Part shown: piece by piece, positions 1 through 11,658 of the stretch
Layout of the letters: each line of letters opens with the position of its first letter
How positions within the stretch are numbered: position 1 is the stretch's first letter
Assembly (NCBI GenBank): GCA_964016885.1
Contig: OZ024740.1
Coordinates: 235,600,001-235,664,000 of the forward strand
Length of the DNA stretch: 64,000 bases
Direction: 5' to 3'
From: Eledone cirrhosa
Lineage: Eukaryota
Program-made: the position numbers and the translations under genes
Notes under the pieces: generated by a model
Database searches by the model: none
The model's input: the letters and a program-made list of their open reading frames with translations, nothing else
Told to the model about the DNA's origin: nothing

Positions 1-480
1 AAAACTACTAACAATGATTATAATTATTATTCTTTATTAAATGTATACCGTTTCATTAATACCTATTATATCTATATATAGTTTTTACAAATATCTTTAT
101 CTAGTGTAATAACATAATCGTAGTTACATTTATAAATAATTTAAATGACATTATTATAAGTGTTTGGTTTTCCTTGGAAGGTCGAACTTATATAATCATT
201 TACTTAATACAATATATGAACAAATAATAAACTATAGTCTTGGTATGTTATGATCAATACATATATATAGCTGGAAATTCTGACTTCTTTAAGTTTAATT
301 ATAAGACATGTTGATACTTTAGACACTCAAACTATTTAACAATAAATTCTTTAATAGTTATAACTATAAATATCTTATAAATTATATCATAGAAACTGTT
401 GTCAATATTATAAGTAATTTTGGTAAAGTTTACCTTCGTGGGGATATTGAACATTATATGTATATTTTCTTTATTTCGCG
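1..480 (-). pseudogene. Highly eroded Penelope-like element C-terminal/GIY-YIG remnant
   Basis: Manual minus-strand translation across stops and frameshifts gives FNIP..IDNSF..YKIF..TIK, then NVI*IIYKC and YNH..F. These occur in the same order as the motifs of the better-preserved PLE at 17672-18395. Confidence 0.4.
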
Positions 481-1000
481 GGTTTCGTAAATGCTTTAAA
501 TTTGTCTTCATAAAATTTGAATTTTAGAAATTTAACATTATTATATTATAATATTAATACAAATACCTAATAACTTTTAAAACCAAAAATTGGATACATT
601 ACCCTGAAATAACATAAATTAAATGTTTTGAAAATTAACTGCCAAATATGCTATATATGAAACTCTGTGTGTGTAGAAACTTGAGCATAAATTACTCCCC
701 TTTGTCTCTCTCTCTTTTTAATCATCTTTCATCTGTCTTCTCAAGCTAAATAAGTTATAACATCAGCTACTTCTTCCTCAATGCTTTCCCCTCCCTCCTA
801 TTTCTCAAGTAGTTTTTAAATATTAAAAATTCTATAACTGTTATATTGATGCCATGTATTTTTTAAAATATATTACTCACACTCTCTCTATTGATTGTAT
901 TACGTTTTCTCATGTTCTCAATATTAGGGTATAAATATTGAGTTTTGTCATACCTTGATTAAATCTTAACCATCTACCATGTCAGGGTATGTCATGTATC

Positions 1001-1075
1001 ATTTTATTTTATCTGATGAGGACGTACTGTTGAACTTAATTCAGTACCTCTGAAATATGTATAATAAAATATAAT
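1001..1075 (+). ncRNA. Type I minimal hammerhead ribozyme (family A)
   Basis: Stem I ATTTTAT/ATAAAAT; CTGATGA at 1013-1019; stem II GGA-C-GTACTG/CAGTAC-C-TCT; GAAA at 1052-1055; self-complementary stem III ATATGTAT; AUA cleavage triplet ending at 1063. Homologous to 49001-49059. Confidence 0.72.
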
Positions 1076-1124
1076 TGATCACAAGAATATCTATTTTGTT
1101 AATATTTGGAATTAATATATATAT

Positions 1125-1652
1125 TTGGCGGTACTCAGTAACAGAGAAGACCCGCCTTACCTAAATACAAAGTAAAACCTACTAGTCAGTAGGAATCTCT
1201 AACAAAATACACCCCCGTCCCACCCCATCCACACCGCCCCCTTCAATGCAAAGTTATGTTGGTGCCACAACATCCAGGCCGAAACAAATGAGATCGTGTA
1301 GGTGTCACGACAAAAAATACACAGTCCATGCTGTAATGTGGCCGTGTAGGCAACACGGTAAAAACCTCCCAGTCCCACACTGTAAATGTGGTTTGGTGTT
1401 AGGAAGGGCATCCAGCTGTAGAAAACACGCCAGACAGTCCACGCTGTAATGTGGCCGTGTAGGCAACACGGTAAAAACCTCCCAGCCCCACACTGTAAAT
1501 GTGGTTGGTGTTAGGAAGGGCATCCAGCTGTAGAAAACCCGCCAGACAGTCCTATGCGAGCAAGACAACCACTCTTGCCTCAAGTGGGAAAACCCCCATC
1601 CAAACCCATGCAAGCGTGGAACAGGGACGTTAAACGATGATGATGATGATGA
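1125..1652 (+). mobile_element. RTE-clade LINE 3' end (last codons, 3' UTR, (GAT)n tail) with an internal ~113 bp tandem duplication
   Basis: Matches the reverse complement of 30441-30850 (WRYSVTEKTRL). Segment 1321-1433 is repeated at 1434-1545. Confidence 0.85.
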
Positions 1653-1672
1653 TATATATATATATATATATA

Positions 1673-1830
1673 TAGAAGTGGTTACACAACAGTTAGTTCA
1701 CCATACCGAGAGCAATTAAAATTGTTCTCGGTATGGTGAACTAGCTGTTGTGTAACCACTTCTACCTAACTCGCCCCCTGGACTGAGTGCTCTACCACTA
1801 CGGATATTACCTTCCAGTGTTCCACCACTA
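1673..1830 (-). repeat. Short (TA)n-flanked insert with a 45 bp/45 bp fold-back and a tRNA A-box-like segment
   Basis: Arms 1673-1717 and 1720-1764 differ at two positions. The minus strand contains TAGTGGTAGAGCAC. Confidence 0.7.
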
Positions 1831-1903
1831 TATATATATATATATATTATAAAAAAAAACTATTAAGTTTTTGGCTTGTATTGGCCGATAGTGCTTCTTG
1901 TAG

Positions 1904-1957
1904 CTTTACTTGCCCTGATGAGTCCTTAATAGGACGAAACATTGTTGGCTAATAAAG
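1904..1957 (+). ncRNA. Type I hammerhead ribozyme (family B) inside a ~250 bp (TA)n-flanked element (1851-2100)
   Basis: GCC-CTGATGA-GTCCT taat AGGAC-GAAA-C ATT G-TT-GGC. The core is canonical, stem II is a perfect 5 bp, the GUU triplet is at 1944-1946, stem I extends CTTTA/TAAAG, and AATAAA follows at 1951. Confidence 0.85.
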
Positions 1958-2101
1958 ACTTTTGATGTATTGAAGGCTTCTTTGGTTTATATTTTTATAA
2001 TTCTTCGGCTCTGTTTAATTACATTGAGCTATATCTTATACTGTCATTTCTATAATATGAAGAGGGTGTTTAACTCCAACACACTCTAGTATTTTAATTC
2101 T

Positions 2102-2178
<77 letters not shown>

Positions 2179-2180
2179 TA

Positions 2181-2322
2181 TTAGGAAGGCCATCCATCCA
2201 TAGAAAACCAGCCAGAAACACTTCTACATCAGTGGGACACTGTCGCCCAACACAACTTGCCTCAAAATGGAACCCGTCTAACCCATGCTAGCGTAGGAGA
2301 TGGACGTTAATCGATGATGATG
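2181..2322 (+). mobile_element. Diverged RTE/SINE 3' tail fragment
   Basis: TTAGGAAGGCCATCC...GGACGTTAATCGATGATGATG resembles the shared tail module. Confidence 0.65.
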
Positions 2323-2660
2323 TATATGTATATATATATAGGGTTAAAATTCAACCACTATCCCCCTCTCATTCCGCCAACATGTTTATATATTTCTGAC
2401 TTTCATACATATCCAGTAAACATTTTGAGTCACAAGGAATCACTGCAAAATTCAATCTAATGGAAATCTTAAAACTATTCTAAAGACAATACAGTCAATT
2501 TCTAATTTTAATGTTGCCATTGATCATAGTCAGGATGTTTGTATGTCTGTTAGTCTCTGCCTTCATCTTGGCACCACTAGAATAGTATATCACCTTTCTG
2601 ATGTTCTTGAAGTTGCCTCTTTGATTTTCTTTGAAAATTCTGTTTACACTCTCTCTCTCT

Positions 2661-2730
<70 letters not shown>

Positions 2731-4046
2731 ATGGATATATATGTGTGTACTTGCACATATATAGGCAGATATGTATGTATTTATATAAAGTTTTGTGTGT
2801 CTGTGTGTGTATTTATGCAAATGCATACATACATTCATGCATACGTATACATATGGAGCGAGATAGAAAGAGTGTGTGAGTTGTTTCTTTAATCTGATTC
2901 TGTTTTATGTGAGATTTTATTTTGTCTGTAGAGTAATTCTAGAAACAAGTCTTTTATCTCAGCTTCTGTGGTTAGAACTAGTTCTTGTATCTAATTACAC
3001 AGCCTCTTCTCATTGAATTGAATCAACCATTGTTTGAACTGTTGCATTTATCAGCTATTGATTGAGTTTCGTGCCTTAAAATTGTTTATGCCAGCAGCCT
3101 GAGGTCATTGGAGATTGGCTATAGTGTCTGTATTGTGTATGTATTGTGTATGCACGAAGCAAATTAGGCTATTATCTGTAAGCTTAAATTTTTTTTTTTT
3201 TTTGCTTTTACAGTCACCAATATAAGAAACTTTCTAAATGTGCTAATAAGAATTATTTTACTGTTTGTGCATAGATGTGCACATATTCACCTTTATGTAA
3301 ATACTACTGCTTAAATGTATGTGATAAATGTGTATATACAAAGATATGGTAGCTTGGGTTGGACAGTTGTCACAGTTTCAATGTAATTTCTTATTCAGAA
3401 TTACTCTTTTTTTTTTTAGATCATTTTTAAGGAATTCCAGATTTTGGTATTGTTTCTATGGTTGGATGTCTTTTCTATCACTAACACAGAGTGTACTGGG
3501 TGAATTTAATCATGTCACCATCACTAGTGGGGTTGTCTAATGTGAGCTACACTAAAGAGCTCTCTTTATCCAGTATCAGTCCTTGTTCATAGTTACTGTC
3601 TTTCTAGATGGCATAACCTGTTAAGCTGCTTGCAGAGTCTATCCCTCAGTCATACATTCATCAATGCAGGGAAGGAGGAGTGCCTTAGCTTCCAAGTGTT
3701 GACATGGTAGTGATTTGATGTGGCTTGATGTAATGGTGGTCTCTTTTACACAGGTAATGTTATCCTGAGTAGTTGGGAGTGAGGCTGTCTCTAAAGTGAT
3801 ATTTACAGGGACATGTCATGTCCTCCCAAGAAGTTGCAAGGTCACATTTAGGGGTGTTTGGTGGGCAGGCTGCTTACAAAACTGTGTTGTCTGTAAGAAA
3901 ACACTACTAGAGTAAGAAAAGGAAAGAGAGAGAGAAAGAGGAGGGGAGAATGAGAGAGTGGAGAGAGGAGAGAGAGAGAGGAGAGAGAGAAAGAGATAAT
4001 ACTAAATACCAACAGGTTTTAAATAAAGTAAATTTTAAATAAAGAG

Positions 4047-4236
4047 ATAATTGTTTCTACTTTAGGCACAAGGCCAGCAATTACCCAGTGCATTACTGGT
4101 ACTTTATTTTATTGACCCCGTAAAGATGAAAGGCAAAGTCAACCTCGGCGAGATTTGAACTCAGATCGTAAAGGGACGTAACAATGCTGGAAAGCATGGC
4201 GTCCGACCCTCTACCGATACTGCCAATCCACCGCCC
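4047..4236 (-). mobile_element. tRNA-derived SINE family 1, full length
   Basis: The reverse complement starts GGCGGTGGATTGGCAGTATCGGTAG, has a B-box GAGTTCAAATC, a central GCCTTTCATC..GGGGTCAATAAAATAAAGTACC and ends GTAGAAACAATTAT. More than 10 copies occur in the window. Confidence 0.9.
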
Positions 4237-4237
4237 A

Positions 4238-4358
4238 TGATAGTATTTATTTTGAGAACAATACCTTAACATAATTATGAGCAGCCGGTTATGGCTAATT
4301 TGAACAGAAAGAGGTGAGAAAATTCTGGCCAGATATGGCTGGTTTGAATGCTAAAGGG
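4238..4358 (+). mobile_element. Right half of the piggyBac-type TTAA MITE
   Basis: Near-identical to 5342-5460; ends AATGCTAAAGGG-TTAA. Confidence 0.8.
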
Positions 4359-4677
4359 TTAAATAAAGAGATAATAGAATTAAAAATCTCTTATCTTTGT
4401 TTCTGCTAAATTGTAATGCTGTAAATTCAAGACTAGTTGGTCAGACAGATGTGTGTGTTCAACAGCTTTCAACATTGTTGTTGCCAGTCAGATTTAAACC
4501 TCATGGTGTTGCAAGTTTAATAGAGGAGACAAAGAAGGACGCCAATTTTCTATGATAGCGTGTATAAATGTATAAAAGCATGATGTAATTTAATTTATAT
4601 CTTTTTTTAAAAGTTTTCTTATATCTATCTATAAGTTCCATGCAGTTTGTTTGGAACACTGAAGTTCCTAAATCCTT

Positions 4678-4750
4678 GTGTCCCCCCAAAAATGTATACA
4701 TACTTTGATTAGAATGCTGTTGAAGTGTGTATACATTTTTGGGGACACCA
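4678..4750. mobile_element. Tc1/mariner-type ~75 bp palindromic MITE (degenerate)
   Basis: GTGTCCCCCCAAAAATGTATACA...TGTATACATTTTTGGGGACAC. A second copy lies at 51553-51629. Confidence 0.65.
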
Positions 4751-4773
4751 TTGGATGAGAGATAAGGACAGAC

Positions 4774-4807
<34 letters not shown>

Positions 4808-4854
4808 TGATTATGCACACACACATACCTACACACACATACACATACACATGT

Positions 4855-4932
4855 TTAATTTAGCTGAATATCCAGCATTGTGAAGGGTCACAATGCTGGA
4901 TATTCAGCTAAATTAATTGTGAAGGGTCACAA
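4855..4932. repeat. Perfect 29 bp inverted repeat with 4 nt loop, followed by a direct copy of the central hairpin
   Basis: Arms 4855-4883 and 4888-4916; TTGTGAAGGGTCACAA is repeated at 4917-4932. Confidence 0.9.
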
Positions 4933-5248
4933 GTAGTTATAGCCAAGAATTGTTCTTAATGAAGACATATACTATTTAATAGAGCAGCATTGGGTTTCTC
5001 CTGAAAAGTTATTTTTCATGTAAAAAATAAAATGTTTTTCTACATCATTTATAACTGTCTCTTATCTCACGTTCCTTATGAATAGAATATTTCATAATAT
5101 AATTGTATAAATTACATATAGCTAACTCATACATATTAAATAAGAGTACAGGCAGGATTAAGTGAACGTGAAGACATTTATATTTCATTTAAAACTATTA
5201 CTGAACACAATATTTTATTTTTCATTCTTGAAGTTTTGAAATTCTTAA

Positions 5249-5460
5249 CCCTTTAGCATTTACTATTTACTATTATATTTTCACGGTAAGCACTTTGTCT
5301 TACATAATTATCTCACATAATATCGAATCTATGAAATTTTTATAGTATTTATTTTGAGAACAATACCTTAACATAATTATGAGCAGCCGGTTATGGCTAA
5401 TTTGAACAGAAAGAGGTGAGAAAATTCTGGCTAGATATGGCCGGTTTGAATGCTAAAGGG
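5249..5460 (+). mobile_element. piggyBac-type MITE (~212 bp)
   Basis: TTAA-CCCTTTAGCATT ... AATGCTAAAGGG-TTAA; multiple copies in the window. Confidence 0.85.
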
Positions 5461-5882
5461 TTAAAGTAGTTTTTTAAATGATTAGAAACTAGTGTTAGGA
5501 AGTAATCTATCCATGGAAATAAAATCATTCTTAAATTGTATGGAAATTGGAGAGCCTAGAGAAAATCCACACATCCAAACACTGTAACTGGCCAAAGGAG
5601 CATTTGTGTTGACCAGAATTTACCGTGAAATCTTATGCCAGGCTGCCATGCAACAGAAGAAGCTTGCTTTCTTCATCCTCATTGTACATTGACCTATGCA
5701 TAGTATGATGGAATCTGATGCCACAACAGAGTCTTTTCAAAGAGATTATGCTGGCAGAGCTTGAAAACGGCTTTCATCTTCTGGAGTGGAAATTAAAGTG
5801 CTAATTAACTGCTTTCATTCTACACATTTTGAGGTTTTGTGCCTTTGCTCGAAATCATCATGATCAGCATGAACATCATCGC

Positions 5883-5937
<55 letters not shown>

Positions 5938-5950
5938 GAGAGAGAAACTA

Positions 5951-6463
5951 GGCATAAGAGAATCTAATGCTGTGTGCTGGAGAGGAGATTACCTTGGTAT
6001 GGACATATGATGCATATGAAGGATGACAGCTGCATAAAAAGGTGCAGAGCACCCAAAGTTGATAGAAGCCTTGGAGTGGGGAGACCCAGGAAAATTTGGG
6101 ATGAAGTGATAAAAGCTGACTTTGCCCAATTGTACCTCTCAAAGGTGATGACACAGGACCGAGATCTCTAGTACTACACAGTAATACAGAAGACCCGACT
6201 TCCCATAGGCACAGGCTGTAGGTGAAGCATATATACAGTATGCCCCACGTGACCCTCCTACTGTAGGTGTCACGACAAAAAACACCCTGTACTCACTGTA
6301 AATGAGGTTGGCATTAGGAAGAGCATCCAGCTGTAGAAACCAAGCCAAAATCAGTTGTGTATGAGCAATACATGGTCACCTGACCTAGCATTGCCCACAA
6401 CAGGACAACTCATCTAATCCATGGTAGCGTGGAAAAATGGATGTTAAACGATGATGATGATGA
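5951..6463 (+). mobile_element. RTE LINE 3' fragment
   Basis: ERRLPWYGHMMHMKDDSCIKRC..GVGRPRKIWDEVIK, then 3' UTR and (GAT)n tail. Confidence 0.85.
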
Positions 6464-7559
6464 TTACATTTGTCACTTGGTTGTTTTGAATGTATCCTGA
6501 TATAAATGATTTGTTATTTCATTTGATTACAACAAATATATTAAAATTTTGTTAAATTCATATAAATAAGGTCTCCCGCTTATACAAAGAGAATGACCCC
6601 ACCCTTTAGGTGCAAAATCTGTATTTTAAATGCAAAAAAACAAATGAAGGCAAAAAAAAAGTGCCCTCAGTGCATCCACTGAGTTGAATAAATATGGCTG
6701 CTCACTTAGTGAAAAGAACAACCCAAAAGTATTTTTACTGATAATTATAATTCTGAATACCTACCTTTAACTGCAAATCAAAATAATGTAGAGAATAGCA
6801 GCAACAAAAGCTATACTTTGAACTTAGCAAGCAGCCAGAACAATACTTCAACAACAACAAAAACTCACTAAAATCAACAACCATAAAAACAATACCACAG
6901 ACTCCACTAGTGGCATTAGTGTGTCACTTTGTATCACTGCCACTACCATTGCAACTGAGACTAGTCACAAAAATGCTACCACTATCACTACTGCTACTAT
7001 GACAAATAAGCTCTCAATCCTGGCTCATTCTTTATAAAAATGGCCAGAGCAACATATATGGTCTGAACCGAAGAGAAGTTTACCTGAGTCATGCAACTCA
7101 CAACATCAGTTGGTCAAACCATGTCCTTGGCTGTGTTGCAGCAAGTTCTTCAGAACACAAAGATAAACACTGTAATGTACAAGTACATAGGTACTAAGTC
7201 CAAGAAGCTTAAGAGAGCAAAATGCCCCAGGCCTGTCAGATACATCAAAACCTTTATAATGCAAAGGAAAAGATTTGGCACATTGGATGTGCAGCTCTGA
7301 AATAAGGTGGCAGCTATGAGACACTCCACTGCCACTTTAAAAAGCAAGAAACTCACTTTCATTCCAGTGAACCATGGAAAAATACATCAAAAATAAAAGT
7401 AACAGATGTAGTCCCAGAAATACGATGTAGTTCCAGATTGGGAGAATCCCCATTTCTGTGAGCTGTGGAGCAGTAGCACTGCTAAGGAAGGATTTGAACA
7501 AGAGGGACCACATTAAAAATGTTCAACCCATAACTCTACTAAATGGAGAATTCAAGATT

Positions 7560-8400
7560 TTCAAGAGAAAAGAAGGTGGGAGAGGTTTAATTTCGGTTGA
7601 ACATCATCATCATCATCATCATTTTACGTCCGCTTTTCCCTGCTTGCAAGGGTGGGACGGGTCTTATTCAGCACAGCATCTCTCCACTCGTCACGGTCCC
7701 TCGTCATCTCCACTGTGAGCTTCAATGATCTGAGGTCTGTTCTCACCACCTCCGCCCATGTTTTTCGTGGTCTACCTCTACCACGTCTTCCTTCAACTGG
7801 CATTTCCTGGCACTTCTTCACCCATCGGTCATCCTCTATGCGCATCACATGTCCATACCACCTCAGTCTCCTCTCCCGTACACTACATTCTATCCCTCTC
7901 AGACACAGTTTCTCTCTCAACACATTTATGCTGGGTCGTTCACAATGTGTACATAAACAATGTGTACATAATAAATATAACAGCTTATTGGACTATCTAA
8001 CATTAACTGAAGAACCACTTCTCAGAGAGGTTCTGAAGGAAGACTTTATAACAGAAAGTCAAGGTAAGAAAGAATTAAAAAAAGTCTTTAGAGTTCTCTC
8101 TTCTCAAGAATAGGCATGGAAAGAAAAGGCTCTTCATGGCAAATTTGCAGCTGCCATTAAAGACATTGCTGAACCTAGGTCTTTGCTTTAGCTTAAGCCA
8201 GGTTGGATTAAAAAGAGAACAGAGGCTGTTATTACTGCCGCACAAGATCGGGCATTCAGAACCAATTGGGTAAAAGCTAACATGGATGAACAAAATTGCT
8301 CCCCACTTTGCAGAGTATACCATAAAGCAGACAAATCTGTGGTACATATTGCTAGTGGATGTGAGCAATTAGCAAAAAGATGTTATAAAATCCGGCAAGA
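7560..8400 (+). pseudogene. R4/Dong-like (REL-endonuclease) non-LTR retrotransposon C-terminal fragment, interrupted by an RTE insertion
   Basis: KRKEGGRGLISVE ... WKEKALHG ... EAVITAAQDRAFRT ... CRV..HIASGCEQLAKRCYKIR (CCHC-like region), with in-frame stops. Confidence 0.75.
7602..7941 (-). mobile_element. 5'-truncated RTE LINE
   Basis: ERRLRWYGHVMR..GRRGRGRPRKTWAEVVRTDL, ending in a (GAT)n tail identical to that of SINE family 2. Confidence 0.9.
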
Positions 8401-8409
8401 AAGCCTGAA

Positions 8410-8910
8410 CAGTGTACTCTACATGTGAAGGGAGTTCCACTGAAGCAGGTGGAGAAGTTCAAGTATCTCAGGGTCATGTTCACAAGTGATGGAAAGCAGG
8501 AGGTGGAATTAAGTGCAAGAATTGCAAAAGCTGGTGTAGTAATGCACCAGCTTCAGTAATCAGAAGGGAGGTAGGCATAAAAGCTAAACTTGCTATCTTC
8601 AGTCTGGTTTTCATGCAAACCCTTACTTATGGTCATGAATCTTGGGTAATAACAGAAAGAATATGATCGCGAATACAAGTGGCCAAAATAGGATTTCTCT
8701 AAAGTGTCTTTGGAGTAACGTTACTCAATAGAGTGTAGCTTGGAGATCAGAGAGTCACTCCAGGTAGAGCCACTACTTCTCCCAATAGAGAAATCATAGC
8801 TTCTATACTATAGGCATATGGTTAGAATGTCTTAGGAAAGAATCACTGGACAGATTTTATGGGCAAAACCAACTGGCAGGCAACCCAGGGGTAGACCCCA
8901 AGCATGATAC
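8410..8910 (+). pseudogene. Degenerate RTE-group RT C-terminal fragment
   Basis: LKQVEKFKYLRVMFTSDGKQEVELSARIAKAG..LTYGHESWV..GRQPRGRP, with stops and frameshifts. Confidence 0.75.
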
Positions 8911-9082
8911 CATGAGGACATGAACTAAACAGTAAATGTGTTTACAAGGTATTTAAATCGATAATGCCCTTCTCAGGACATGGACAGTGCCAGTCAGCAC
9001 TATTTTCTGTATCTCTTGTAGAGATGGCTTTCCTGATATCTGGTCCAAATATTTATTATTATTATTATTGTTGTTGCTTGTT

Positions 9083-9510
9083 AGACCGTCGGACATTATG
9101 CTTTGTGACATAGAGTTACGGTCCTTTACATTCTGAGTTCAAATCCCGTCGAGGTTAGCTTTGCCTTTCATTCTTATGGGGTTGATAAAATAAAGTACTA
9201 GTAATGCACTGGGGTTGATTTAGTCAACTTTTCCTTTCCCTTCATATTGCTGACCTTGTGCCAAATGTAGAAACAATTATTATTGTTGTTAGGGTGGTGG
9301 ATTGGCAGTATCAATAGGGTGTTGGACAAAATGCTTTGTGGCATATAGTTAGGGCACTTTACGTTCTGGGTTAAAATCTCACCAAGATTAGCTTTGCCTT
9401 TCATTCTTGTAAGGTCGATAAAATAAAGTACCGGTAATGCATAAGGGTCAATTTAATCGACTTTCCCCTTCCCCAAAATTGTTGGCCTTGTGCCTAAATC
9501 AGAAACCATT
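9083..9510 (+). mobile_element. Two tandem older copies of SINE family 1
   Basis: Central GCCTTTCATTC..GTCGATAAAA module occurs twice (about 9083-9280 and 9293-9510). Confidence 0.75.
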
Positions 9511-9958
9511 GTTGTTGTTGTACTGATGATATAAGTGGATGGCAGAAGCAAGTGCACAAAATGACTTGTGCCTTTTAGTATTTTCAGTTTTCAGTCTAGG
9601 TGCTGTTTTGGTAAGTGTTGTGACAAGATAAAGTTGGTGATCTGCACTTATTAGGTGGTTCAATTATTTCATCTGTTGCTAAGCTATGAACTGAATGACA
9701 AGTATGACACCAACCATTTACCTAATGTTTTCATTTCTGATCCAGTCTTTTCTCATTTTACCAGCTTCTCATCTTAGACATCTCATCTAACAGGTTGTGA
9801 ACTTTTCTTTCAGGGCTTTGTTCAGAGCCCAGTTTTGGCACTTGTAGGTGAGATTGGGGATGAAAATTGGGTTGAGTAGTTTGACTTTTCTTCATAGTTT
9901 ACTCCAAAAGGAAAGGTGCTAGTTGATAACTTTTTAGTTTATTTCATTTTATGTTTAA

Positions 9959-10166
9959 CTCTTTAGCATTTACATTACTCTATATATACTATTGTACTTT
10001 CACAGCAAAGGCTTTATCTCACATAATATCGAATCTATGAAATTTTGATATTATTTATTTTGAGAACAATACCTTAACATCAGTATGAGTAGCCAGTTAC
10101 AGCCGGTTTGAACAGAAAGAGTTGAGAGAATTCTGGCTGGATACAGCCGGTTTAAATGCTAAATGG
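9959..10166 (+). mobile_element. piggyBac-type MITE
   Basis: TTAA flanks at 9955-9958 and 10167-10170; slightly mutated TIRs. Confidence 0.8.
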
Positions 10167-10449
10167 TTAAATCATGCTGAGATTAACTTTGCCTTTCATT
10201 TTTTCCATGGTCAATAAAATAAGTACCAGTCATATATTGCAATTGATTTCATTTACTGTGCCCACTTACCCTCGAAATGTGTGGCCTTGTGCCATTATTG
10301 GGAATCATTATTACAATGAAACCATTACTGTGTAAACTCTAAGAGAGAGTAAATTTATGGTTATGATCCTTTCTCTTTATTTTATTGATATTTTCCAAAT
10401 ACAAAATATGGTAATTTCAAAAATTATATCTTCTGAACTTCACATATGA

Positions 10450-10790
10450 ATGGCTTACCTGACATTTCTTTTTCTGCTTTGAATCTCATTTCATTATTTC
10501 CAATATTTCCTATAATTACAGGGACTTTTCTCATCTTACATCCATATTCCATATTAACTTACTTCGATACATCAATCTCCAGGTCTTTATATGTGGAGAG
10601 TTTTTCACCCTCCTTTACTGAGATGTTATTGTCTGTTAGACAAGCCACATCAATAAATGTACAGTGTCTGGATTTCATATTTTTTGTTTTTATTTTATTT
10701 ATAATGATGTCAGGGATGGTTCACTCCTATCTCTTTATCTCAATGTATTTGCATATCTCAGAGAATCACACACTCTCTGTCTCTGGAGTA
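10450..10790 (-). pseudogene. Restriction-like endonuclease (REL) fragment of an R4/Dong-like LINE
   Basis: PDIII..CTFIDVACLTDNNISVKEGEKLSTYKDLEIDV..VPVIIGNIG (PD..D..K-type pattern), with one stop. Confidence 0.7.
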
Positions 10791-11449
10791 TATTTTATTA
10801 TTATTATTACCATTACTACTACTACTACTACTACTACTACTACGATTGTTGTTACTGTTATTGTTATCTTCATCATCATGTATTTTGTTGTAGAATCCAC
10901 TAGAAAGTTGGTCATCTTATATATTTAGCTCAGCTTGTTGTGAAGCAACTCTGCTAAAAGCTCGATTGAAACGTTGAGCGATAAGAAAGTCAAGTATTAG
11001 TAAGGTCTGCTAAAAGTGGCTCTTTTCTTTGAAGAGTGTCAGCTACTATTAATACTAAAACTACTTAAGACATCACATGCTGTTCTGACTTTCACAGACA
11101 ACTGCTCAGTGCTAGCTGTTTGTAGCCAAGCTAATCTATATTGATTACTGATCTAGCATGTATTATATACTGGATTTTGGCTGGTTTCTGGTGTTGGTGT
11201 CGGAGATGGCAGTGGTACTGTTGCTGTTGTTATTGTTGTTGTAGTAGTTCTTTTGGGGTGTTGATGGTGGAGTTGGTTATAGTGATGATGATGATGTGAG
11301 ATATTGGAATTGTGGTGGTGATGGTGATAGTGGTGTTAGTTGTTGTATGGTGGTGGCAGCGGTGGTGGTGGTGGTTGTGTGTGAGTGTGTGTGTGATGAT
11401 AGTGATAGTTATGGTGATGACCGTGCCGGTTATAATATAGTAGTGTTTG

Positions 11450-11481
<32 letters not shown>

Positions 11482-11658
11482 GTGGTGGTGTGCATGAGAG
11501 TAGTTTTAATGATGATGATAGTCGTGGTGTGTATGATAGTGGCCGTGAATGTTTCATTTGGGTGTTAGAAGTAGTGGTAAAAGTGGTAGTAATCATGGTG
11601 GTGGTGATGAAGATGAAAATGATTTTGGTAATGATAGTGGTAGTGATTGGTGGTGGCA

